Assembly: GCA_964590205.1 (NCBI GenBank)
Contig: CAZPVO010000003.1
Span: 67,643 to 131,642, forward strand
Reading direction: 5' to 3'
DNA from: an uncultured Candidatus Saccharibacteria bacterium
Lineage (GTDB): Bacteria > Patescibacteriota > Saccharimonadia > Saccharimonadales > JAGQNJ01
DNA length: 64,000 bases
Shown: piece by piece, positions 56,160 through 64,000 of the stretch
How the letters are laid out: the number at the start of each line of letters is the position of its first letter
How positions within the stretch are numbered: the stretch's first letter is position 1
Notes under the pieces: model-generated
What the model saw: only the letters and a program-made list of their open reading frames with translations
What the model was told of the DNA's origin: nothing
The model's database searches: none
Translations under genes and position numbers: made by a program

Positions 56160-58097
56160 ATGTACTTCTATGATATTTGGGTAGGGTCAGCCAAAGTTCA
56201 CGCCAGTGAACCTCTGACATATAGTTGTTCCGAACAGTTAAAAGTTGGCGAAGTTGTGCGTGTGCCTGTGAGGCAGAACTTCGCTATGGGATATGTTGTA
56301 GCAGAAGTCACTCCCCTTACTAATATAGTTGATCGTATTAAATCCATAGCCGGGCATAGCGATATTGTTGTACCTCACGCAACAATAGGTTTACACGACT
56401 GGCTACAAACTTATTATCCGGCAGCAAGTGGACTCATAAACAGTCTGTTCTTGCCACCAAGCCTACCACTAGAACGTACTAAGGAAGAAAAGGCTACCCC
56501 GGATAAAATTGCTCCGCTACCTTCACTAACAGATGACCAAAAGAAAGCTCTGATGGTAATAAAAGATTCAAGAGCTCGTTCTATATTGCTCCATGGTGCG
56601 ACAGGAACTGGCAAAACTAGAGTGTACATTGAGCTCGCACGGCAAGCCGTCGCTCAAAATAAATCTGTCGTTATTCTTACACCCGAAATCGGATTGACGC
56701 CCCAAATGGCTGATAATTTTTCGAAAGTCTTTCCTGAACAAGTAATTGTAATGCATTCAAATCTGAGCAGTTCTCGGCTGAGAGACAATTGGTATAAGAT
56801 TGCGAATGCCCCTAAGCCACTTATCGTTATTGGCCCTCGTTCTGCTTTATTTGCCCCACTAAAAGAAATTGGTCTTGTTGTTGTTGATGAAGCGCACGAA
56901 CCTGCCTATAAGCAGGAACAGGCGCCTTACTATCAAGCGACAAGAGTTGCCTCTCAACTAGCCCGCATTCACGGTGCCCTATGTATTTTTGGCACGGCAA
57001 CACCGTCAGTTGGCGATTATTTTGTATTTAGCGAGAAGAAACTGCCAATAATAAACCTTAACCAACCAGCTACTGGTAAAATTATTCCGCCAACAATTAC
57101 GATTTCCGACCTCAAAGATCCGTCCCAGCGTAATGAGTCATCGATCGTCTCGCGGGTGTTGCTTGAATCAATTAAAAACCATACACAGCAGGGCCAACAG
57201 GCACTGCTGTTTCTAAATCGTCGGGGCAGCGCTCGAGTGGTACTCTGTCAAAACTGTGGTTGGCAAGCCATTTGCCCTAATTGCGATATTCCAATGACAT
57301 ACCACGGTGATCAGTATCTACTGCGCTGTCACACCTGTGGTATTACTGAACCTATTAAAACTGCCTGCCCGGTTTGCGCCAGCAGCGATATTTTATACCA
57401 AACCCCTGGTACTAAATCGCTCGAAGCAGAAGCTCGAAGACTTTTCCCAGAATTAAAAGTTCAACGGTTTGATAGTGATAATGTAGCGAGCGAAAAATTG
57501 GAACGTCATTTTGACGCGCTTGTCAGTGGTGAAATTGATATTATTATTGGCACTCAACTAGTCACCAAAGGTTTGGACTTACCTAAGTTAGGGGTCGTCG
57601 GTATTATTAACGCTGATACTGGGCTAAACTTTCCCGACTTTACAAGCGAGGAACGTACTTATCAGCAGCTGAGTCAGGTTATCGGCCGGGTTGGCCGACA
57701 TCAGCTTGAGAGCAGCATTGTGATTCAAACTTACAATCCAGATAATCCTTTATTCAAGTTGGTCACAAGCCGTGATTGGCAAGCTTTTTACAAAAGTCAG
57801 CTGCAAACACGTCAGCAATTTGGTTTTCCACCTTACAGTTACCTATTGCAATTGACCATCGCACGCGCCACAGCTGTTTCTGCACGAACTGCTGGACAAA
57901 ATCTTACACAAGCAATTCTAAGCCGTCATAAAAGTGTAAAAATTCGTGGGCCAAGCCCAAGGATGCACGAAAAGATTAGGGGCAAATATCACTGGCAAAT
58001 TGTAGTCTCATCTAAACAGCGCAGCCAACTCCTGAATATTATTGAGGAGCTGCCGAGCGGGTGGCAGTACAACATCGATCCAGCCAATCTGATGTAG
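56160..58097 (+). CDS. priA: Primosomal protein N' (replication restart helicase)
   Basis: GATGTGKT, PEIGLTPQ, DEAH, four CxxC, KGLD.P, QVIGRVGR; start placed at ATG 56160. Confidence 0.96.
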   Translation: MYFYDIWVGSAKVHASEPLTYSCSEQLKVGEVVRVPVRQNFAMGYVVAEVTPLTNIVDRIKSIAGHSDIVVPHATIGLHDWLQTYYPAASGLINSLFLPPSLPLERTKEEKATPDKIAPLPSLTDDQKKALMVIKDSRARSILLHGATGTGKTRVYIELARQAVAQNKSVVILTPEIGLTPQMADNFSKVFPEQVIVMHSNLSSSRLRDNWYKIANAPKPLIVIGPRSALFAPLKEIGLVVVDEAHEPAYKQEQAPYYQATRVASQLARIHGALCIFGTATPSVGDYFVFSEKKLPIINLNQPATGKIIPPTITISDLKDPSQRNESSIVSRVLLESIKNHTQQGQQALLFLNRRGSARVVLCQNCGWQAICPNCDIPMTYHGDQYLLRCHTCGITEPIKTACPVCASSDILYQTPGTKSLEAEARRLFPELKVQRFDSDNVASEKLERHFDALVSGEIDIIIGTQLVTKGLDLPKLGVVGIINADTGLNFPDFTSEERTYQQLSQVIGRVGRHQLESSIVIQTYNPDNPLFKLVTSRDWQAFYKSQLQTRQQFGFPPYSYLLQLTIARATAVSARTAGQNLTQAILSRHKSVKIRGPSPRMHEKIRGKYHWQIVVSSKQRSQLLNIIEELPSGWQYNIDPANLM

Positions 58098-58132
58098 CAC
58101 TCACCTAACAGATAGGCTATACTGGAGCGTAA

Positions 58133-58711
58133 ATGTCCGCTACAAAGAAAGATATTGTTACCCTGCCGTACGCCCACTTACGCGAACCATCTCAAAAAGT
58201 TGGGCTTATTACTCCTGAAATTAAGCAAGTCATCAAAGATATGCAATCAGCCACCCTGGACTGGGAGGATAGCCGCGAACACGAAGTTGGGGTTGCTCTG
58301 GCGGCAATTCAGATTGATAAAAAACTGCGTATTGTCATTATCCGTGAGAATATCGACGACAAAGACAATCGCAACTTCATGGTGTTCATTAACCCTGAGG
58401 TCGTAAAACTTGAAGGTGAAATAGTTGAGGATTATGAAGGCTGTTTAAGTATCAAAGATATCTACGGCAAAGTGCCCCGCTACAATAAGGTCAAAGTTAA
58501 AGCGATTGGCCTCAACGGCAAAGAGTTTCGCATTACCGCTGAAGGCTTTTTAGCCCGCGTTTTTCAGCATGAGATTGATCATACCAAAGGAAAAGTTTTC
58601 ATTGATTACATCAAAGATGATCCCAAAGCATTTTATAGATTAAAATCAGATGGTAAGTTAGAGTCACTCGATTATGAAAAAGACATCCGAAACAGTCGTA
58701 TTCTTTGGTAG
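58133..58711 (+). CDS. def: Peptide deformylase
   Basis: GVALAAIQ, EGCLS, QHEIDH. Confidence 0.96.
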   Translation: MSATKKDIVTLPYAHLREPSQKVGLITPEIKQVIKDMQSATLDWEDSREHEVGVALAAIQIDKKLRIVIIRENIDDKDNRNFMVFINPEVVKLEGEIVEDYEGCLSIKDIYGKVPRYNKVKVKAIGLNGKEFRITAEGFLARVFQHEIDHTKGKVFIDYIKDDPKAFYRLKSDGKLESLDYEKDIRNSRILW

Positions 58712-59564
58712 CGGGCCGGTTGCTGCCGCCTCACTAAAATCGCTTAATGAGCATTTTATTGTGGAAGCAATCGTGACGAAGCCCATTACCGAGCAGGAGA
58801 TGAGCCAAGCTGCTCCTGGCGTGCCAATTCAGACCGTTTCATCAAAGGGTCAGCTCAGCGAACTTATCGCCAGCAATCCATTTAAAAGCCGCGTCGGTAT
58901 TATTGTTGATTTTGGCATAATCGTCGAGCAGTCCGTTATAGATTACTTTCCACTTGGCATTGTAAACTCACACTTTTCGCTGCTGCCTAAGTGGCGTGGC
59001 GCCGATCCAATTACTTTTTCAGTGCTCTCAGGACAGCAAGAAACTGGCGTTAGCCTCATGTTAATTGTCGAGAAGCTCGATGAAGGACCTCTGTTGGCTC
59101 AAAGTAAACTTAAACTTGAACCGGACGTCACAACTCCTGAGCTTACAGATCAGCTTGTAGACCTTAGCAACCACATGCTCGAAGCTGTTTTGCCAGTTTA
59201 CCTAGAAGGAAACTTGGTTCTTTGTGAACAGGACGAAACTGCTCAGCCGACCTATTCGCGCAAACTAACTAAAGAAGATGGTCAACTTGATTGGCAAAAG
59301 CCCGCCGAGCAGCTGGAACGAGAAGTCAGAGCATTCATTGGCTGGCCAAGTAGTAAAACTACGCTAGCCGGTAAAGAAGTTACAATTACTGAAGCACATG
59401 TTGAATCTGGTTCAGGGCAACCAGGTAAGGCGTCACTTGATAACAAACAACTGGCCGTATTTTGCGCTAGCGATAAGCTCATCATCGACAAACTCAAGCC
59501 TGCCGGCAAAAAAGAAATGACCGGCTGGGAATTCGTCGCCGGTCATAAAGATAAACTTATCTAA
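58674..59564 (+). CDS. fmt: Methionyl-tRNA formyltransferase
   Basis: VFFGS, HFSLLPKWRGADPI, LDEGP, KL.KEDG.LDW; follows def. Confidence 0.95.
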   Translation: MKKTSETVVFFGSGPVAAASLKSLNEHFIVEAIVTKPITEQEMSQAAPGVPIQTVSSKGQLSELIASNPFKSRVGIIVDFGIIVEQSVIDYFPLGIVNSHFSLLPKWRGADPITFSVLSGQQETGVSLMLIVEKLDEGPLLAQSKLKLEPDVTTPELTDQLVDLSNHMLEAVLPVYLEGNLVLCEQDETAQPTYSRKLTKEDGQLDWQKPAEQLEREVRAFIGWPSSKTTLAGKEVTITEAHVESGSGQPGKASLDNKQLAVFCASDKLIIDKLKPAGKKEMTGWEFVAGHKDKLI

Positions 59565-59565
59565 T

Positions 59566-59919
59566 TTACTGTTGGGGTGGTTGTTGAACAGAGGCCAAAA
59601 TTTGTGAGGCGCTACCTTTAATTTCAGCTTTTAGCTTCTCAAGTTCGTCCGCAACAACTTGTTTGTAGTCTGGGAAATTACTCTCAAGCCATGTAAGCGC
59701 ATCTTTCTCTTTTTGAGCTCGTGCTTCTTCGGTGTCAGTCTCTGTTGGCATAAGTTTTTCGAAATCATCCAGCTGCTGATCTGACATTTGTGAAGCTAAT
59801 TGCATGCCTACGCGCATTTCTAATGTTTCGTAAATGTGCTGCAGCATTCGGTTCTTTTCTTGAGGTGGCAAAGAACCAAGTCCGAGTTCTTCCAGTAGAT
59901 TGTTGTCCAGCTTAAACAT
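59566..59919 (-). CDS. DUF5663-like protein
   Basis: LEELGLG.LP..EK..ML..I.ETLE.RVG..L...MSD.Q..DF and P.Y..VV..EL pattern; AAGGA SD. Confidence 0.75.
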   Translation of the reverse strand: MFKLDNNLLEELGLGSLPPQEKNRMLQHIYETLEMRVGMQLASQMSDQQLDDFEKLMPTETDTEEARAQKEKDALTWLESNFPDYKQVVADELEKLKAEIKGSASQILASVQQPPQQ

Positions 59920-59968
59920 GTGTTTTCCTTTCTGTATGCCTCTATTCTATCATCTCGTGCTTATTTCG

Positions 59969-61600
59969 CTAGAGCAAAGCCCACAGGGCTATGCCAAGCA
60001 ATACAGCGGCAGCTCCAACAGCTCCCGTGTACATAGCACGCTTGTAAGTATGTGAAGTCTTGTCTTTCAATTCGGCTTCTTTGGTTAACTCAGCCGTTGT
60101 TTTTACATATTGTCCGTTGATAGCGTGTTGAGTGGTCGCATCCTTGGCAAATAAGTCTTGTGCAGAGATTGGCGCACTAAGACCACTGCTAAGACTTCCT
60201 GGCATCTGTAGATCGTTGTCTTTAATTTCATGTTGGAGCTCGTACTGCTTTTCTTGAGCAGCTTTATGCTCAGCGTTCCACTCTGTTTGATTCAGAAGTG
60301 GCTCAGTCTCGGGGGCTTTTTCACCAACTTGTGCTCTCATCATCTCCCGTGCATCCAAATACGAGGAGTTTGATCTCTCTGAAAGATTCGGAATGGTGGC
60401 AGCTTTGGCCTCTAATTCAACTTCACGGTTTGTTCTATTTTGAGCAGCAATAATGTCGCCGATCGATTCAACTTTTTCAGTTTGTTTAGTTGCCTGCTGC
60501 TCCGTATCGTTGCCCTGTTCTGCGGTTGCCATTTTTTTCTCTTCTTGTTCCGGCTTGATTGGCATTTGTTCGCCTGTTTCACGCTTAACTAGTTCTGTCT
60601 CAACAGGTTTTGCATTATCCTGGTTCGTTTCGGCTAATTTTTCACTCTGTAGCTTTTCTTTTTCTTGAGCAACTTTAGCTGCTTGTTCAGCACCTGCCGC
60701 GAAGGCAGCATCTTGGGCGCCTTTGATTTCAGCTAGCTGGCGGTTAAATTCAACTTGTTGTTGGGCTTGCTGCTCAGATAACTCTTTATCGGCTGCTTCA
60801 CGTGCGTTTTGCTCCGCTCCGACTTCACGGCGAGCTTGGCGGGCTTTATGAGCCCCGTACAAGCCGGCAACAGCCCCTACCACACCGAGAGCGTTACCAG
60901 TTCTGTTAGCGGCTGCTGCACCGGTTGCTGCTTCTACTGGTGGTACTACTACGGGTACTACTGGCGCCCCAGGTACGGTTCCCCTAGTTGACGCTGCTCG
61001 AGCTGGAACTTCTTCTTCGTCTTCTGGCTCAGGTTCAGCCTCAGCAGCTACTTCAGGAGCGGCTTCCTCTAATGGTGGAAGCTCCGACTCAAGTTCATCA
61101 GGTTCTTCTGCTGATATTGGCTCAGTCTCAACACCCGGTTCTTCTGCGGCTACCGGCGTTTCTACGGCTGCAACTGGCAATACTGGTAATGCCGGGACTG
61201 CTTCGGGCACCGGCTCTTCCGCTTCAGCCGATTCTTCCTCTGATACTGCCGCCACAGGAACTTCAGGTGTCACCAATTCCTCCTCTTCCTCGACTTCATC
61301 AAGTGCAGGTTCTTCAGTTTCAGCTGTTTCGGGTGATTCTTCGTCTTCTGGCTCAGCTTCTTCGTCTTCTGCTTCATCTGGCTCTGTTTCAAAGAGTGAG
61401 GCAAGGTTTTCGCCTAAATCTTTTGGTTCATCTTCTTCATCACTATCTTTAGATTCACCACCGGTATGTTTTTGGATAAGTTCAAAAAGGCTAAGGGGTT
61501 TGTCCTTTTCGTCGTCTTGATTGGCTTTAACTTCCTCAGGCGTATCATTAGATTCAGCCTTGAAGTCACTGCCATCGGGTTTCCCAAATTCTTTGTCCAT
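59969..61600 (-). CDS. Highly acidic, largely disordered protein with central hydrophobic segment, coiled coil and C-terminal TM
   Basis: E/P/A-rich N-half, ALGVVGAVAGLYGA, Q/E/A coiled coil, terminal GAVGAAAVLLGIALWALL; TTGCGA-17-TATAGT promoter 9 nt before ATG 61600. Confidence 0.7.
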   Translation of the reverse strand: MDKEFGKPDGSDFKAESNDTPEEVKANQDDEKDKPLSLFELIQKHTGGESKDSDEEDEPKDLGENLASLFETEPDEAEDEEAEPEDEESPETAETEEPALDEVEEEEELVTPEVPVAAVSEEESAEAEEPVPEAVPALPVLPVAAVETPVAAEEPGVETEPISAEEPDELESELPPLEEAAPEVAAEAEPEPEDEEEVPARAASTRGTVPGAPVVPVVVPPVEAATGAAAANRTGNALGVVGAVAGLYGAHKARQARREVGAEQNAREAADKELSEQQAQQQVEFNRQLAEIKGAQDAAFAAGAEQAAKVAQEKEKLQSEKLAETNQDNAKPVETELVKRETGEQMPIKPEQEEKKMATAEQGNDTEQQATKQTEKVESIGDIIAAQNRTNREVELEAKAATIPNLSERSNSSYLDAREMMRAQVGEKAPETEPLLNQTEWNAEHKAAQEKQYELQHEIKDNDLQMPGSLSSGLSAPISAQDLFAKDATTQHAINGQYVKTTAELTKEAELKDKTSHTYKRAMYTGAVGAAAVLLGIALWALL

Positions 61601-61621
61601 ATTAAACCTACTATACAAGAT

Positions 61622-63388
61622 TTAAAGAGTTCTCGCAACAACCTCTCTTGAGAAGAGATCTAATCGATCGCCTTCTTGCAGCTCTAATTTGCTCTCCGTC
61701 TTCAGCTGAACACCGCACATTTCACCCTCAACCACCTCTTTTGTCTCTTGTGGCCCACGCTTCAGTCCTTCTACCTCAAAGATACCTAACTCCTGATCAC
61801 CCCTGGTTACACGAGCGAGTGAAGGCACACTCAGTTTACCTTTGGTTACTTCGCCACCACAGATTACCTCTGTTTTCGTTGTTTTGAAAACACCTTTCAC
61901 AATCAGTCGGCCCAGATCAGTCTCGACCACCTCTGGACTTAACATAGTGCTTAGCTCTTGTTTAGCATCATCAATCAATTCATAAATAACTTTATAGAGA
62001 CGAACGGGCACTTTGTCTCTTGAGGCCAGTTGCTTAACGTTTTGAGGCATGCTGACATTAAAGCCATAAATAATTGCTTTACCGCTGTGCGCCATATGAA
62101 GATCGTTGGCATTCACATCGCCTACCCCTGTACCAATTACTCGAATAGCTACTTCTTCGTTATCAAGAGTTTTGAGGCTATCAATAACAGAGGTTAATGA
62201 GCCTTGGACATCGGCCTTTACGATAACTGGCAGTTCTTGGAGTTGCATGTTGCGGTTAATCATATGCATTAGCTGGCTAGAGGTGTTAATGTCCAGTTTG
62301 CCGGCTCCGCCTTGAGCTGATTTAGCTTTGCCCTCGGCTGCTGCACGTGCAGCTTTATCGGATACGGCAACAGAGAACGTATCACCAAATTCAGGGAGCT
62401 CCCGAAAGCCGCTAATAATAACCGGGGTGGACGGAGTAGCTTCTTTGATAGGATTTCCACCTGTTGCCTCCAGATTCTTTACCTTTCCATAGGTGCTACC
62501 AGCAACAATAAAATCACCTGCTCTCAACGTACCATTCTCAACAAGTGCGATAGCTACAGGACCACGGCCTGTCTCCATATGCGATTCAATAACCAATCCT
62601 GTCGCTGGAACATCAACTTCAGCCTTTAGTTCCTCGATGTCGGCCACGAGTAGCACCATGTCGAGCAGCTGAGGAATACCTTGCCCTGTCTTTGCAGATA
62701 CTGGCACTACCACTGTATCGCCACCCCAGTCTTCAGGCATCAAGTTATTCTCTGATAACTGCTGTTTTAGGCGGTTTTCGTCAGCACCTTCTTTATCGAT
62801 TTTGTTCATGGCGATAATCATCTTAACGCCAGCTTTTTGAGCAAAACGAATAGCTTCAAGTGTTTGTGGTTTTATACCGTCATCAGCGGCAATGACAATA
62901 ATAGCTACATCTGTTAGCTGGGCACCATGTTCGCGCAGAGCAGCAAACGCTTCATGCCCTGGAGTATCTAAAAATGTAATCTTTCGCTTATTGTGCTCTA
63001 CCTGATAGGCAGAGATGTGCTGAGTAATACCACCGGCTTCTTGCTTGGTGACCTCTGAGCTTCGTATAGCGTCCAGAAGCGACGTTTTGCCGTGATCGAC
63101 GTGTCCCATTACCGCGACAACAGGTGGCCGAGAGACATCCTTATCACTCGCCTCACGCTTTACTCGACGCGGAATAACTACTGGCTCTTCAGCTTTTTTG
63201 GTTAGCTCTACCTCGAGACCCAGTTCACCAACAATGATTTCAGCCGTATCGAAGTCAATACGCTCATTAACGGTGACCATCACACCATTCTTAAAGAGCT
63301 CGCTGATCAGCTTGCTAACAGGGATCATCAGTTTCTCGGCAAGCGCACCGACGGTAATCATGTCATCTATTTCTATTGTTTGTGCCAT
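61622..63388 (-). CDS. infB: Translation initiation factor IF-2 (short)
   Basis: [46 protein letters not shown]. Confidence 0.97.
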   Translation of the reverse strand: MAQTIEIDDMITVGALAEKLMIPVSKLISELFKNGVMVTVNERIDFDTAEIIVGELGLEVELTKKAEEPVVIPRRVKREASDKDVSRPPVVAVMGHVDHGKTSLLDAIRSSEVTKQEAGGITQHISAYQVEHNKRKITFLDTPGHEAFAALREHGAQLTDVAIIVIAADDGIKPQTLEAIRFAQKAGVKMIIAMNKIDKEGADENRLKQQLSENNLMPEDWGGDTVVVPVSAKTGQGIPQLLDMVLLVADIEELKAEVDVPATGLVIESHMETGRGPVAIALVENGTLRAGDFIVAGSTYGKVKNLEATGGNPIKEATPSTPVIISGFRELPEFGDTFSVAVSDKAARAAAEGKAKSAQGGAGKLDINTSSQLMHMINRNMQLQELPVIVKADVQGSLTSVIDSLKTLDNEEVAIRVIGTGVGDVNANDLHMAHSGKAIIYGFNVSMPQNVKQLASRDKVPVRLYKVIYELIDDAKQELSTMLSPEVVETDLGRLIVKGVFKTTKTEVICGGEVTKGKLSVPSLARVTRGDQELGIFEVEGLKRGPQETKEVVEGEMCGVQLKTESKLELQEGDRLDLFSREVVARTL

Positions 63389-63441
63389 TTCTTGCCTCCT
63401 TTCCCTGTTAACTCAAACTACATAGCTCGTCCGAAAAAGAG

Positions 63442-64000
63442 TTACTTCTTCTTGTCCTTTAGACTTAAGGCGATCTTGCGACCCTCAAGGTCAATATCGA
63501 GAACTGTAAATTTCTTCTTTTCGTTCAATTGGAAGATCTTCTCTGGATCGATGCTTTCATCGTCACCCATCTCTGATACATGAACTAAAGCTTCAACTGC
63601 GGGCGAAAGTTGCACGAACGCCCCAAACGGTGTAATTCGGGTAATTTTACCCTCAACAGTATCACCCTTCTTGAAGGCTTTCACTTCGTGTAGCCATGGG
63701 TCTTCACTCATCTGTTTAAGGCTGAGGCTCAAACGATCTTTATCGATAGCGATAATCTTGGCTTTAACAGTTTGGCCAACCTTCACGTAATCTTTAGGAT
63801 CTTCAACGCGTTCCCAAGAGATTTCAGAGATGTGGATCAAACCTTCAATGCTATCAACGTTTACAAAAGCACCGAAATCGATAACACCGGTGATAACACC
63901 TTCAACCTCGTCACCAACTTTTAGCTTGGCGAAGCGGTCTTGAAGCTCGTCTTTGAGAGCTTCCTTCTCTGATACGATCAGTTTATTGTCCTTCTTACTG
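63442..64000 (-). CDS. rpsA: 30S ribosomal protein S1 (partial, runs off window end)
   Basis: Tandem S1 domains: G.ITGVIDFGAFV...EGLIHISE and ITPFGAFV.L...EALVHVSE; frame stays open past 63840. Confidence 0.92.
   Translation of the reverse strand, partial: SKKDNKLIVSEKEALKDELQDRFAKLKVGDEVEGVITGVIDFGAFVNVDSIEGLIHISEISWERVEDPKDYVKVGQTVKAKIIAIDKDRLSLSLKQMSEDPWLHEVKAFKKGDTVEGKITRITPFGAFVQLSPAVEALVHVSEMGDDESIDPEKIFQLNEKKKFTVLDIDLEGRKIALSLKDKKK

Noticed and set aside
1-64000. Alternative genetic code (UGA=Gly) as in Gracilibacteria/Absconditabacteria
   Set aside because: Long genes translate intact under code 11, and serS, nrdJ and map end at TGA at the expected C-termini.

Overview
Core-chromosome segment of a small-genome bacterium using genetic code 11 (TGA acts as stop). 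It is most likely Patescibacteria/CPR, Ca. Saccharibacteria-like. That call is inferred from gene content: class I LysRS, type-2 IleRS, short IF2, DUF5663, NrdJ, and an rpsB-tsf-frr-rseP cluster lacking pyrH/uppS/cdsA. Most genes are on the minus strand and are housekeeping: prfB, secA, hpf, serS, rsmE, msrA, lysS, greA, proS, rseP, frr, tsf, rpsB, rpmE2, prfA, prmC, htrA, LCP, lepB, parAB, rplU, ileS, nrdRJ, ftsAZ, map, adk, yqeY, rpsU, priA, def, fmt, infB and rpsA. Notable non-routine elements: (1) a divergent heliorhodopsin with a type-1-like DxxxK motif and rewired Schiff-base cavity residues, next to msrA; (2) a 3625-aa membrane-anchored, phage-tail-fibre-like modular protein with a peptidase S74 auto-chaperone, plus an adjacent membrane partner; (3) several Pro/Gln-rich single-pass membrane proteins with similar N-termini; (4) an ultra-short-stem-I Ile T-box with a terminator; (5) tandem NrdR-like boxes and a switch-like structured RNA before nrdJ; (6) two long intergenic palindromic/rod-like elements; (7) many genes with a -10 box only 6-11 nt before the ATG, suggesting leaderless mRNAs. 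No rRNA, tRNA, CRISPR array or transposase was recognised. All calls come from manual motif reading; no searches were run.
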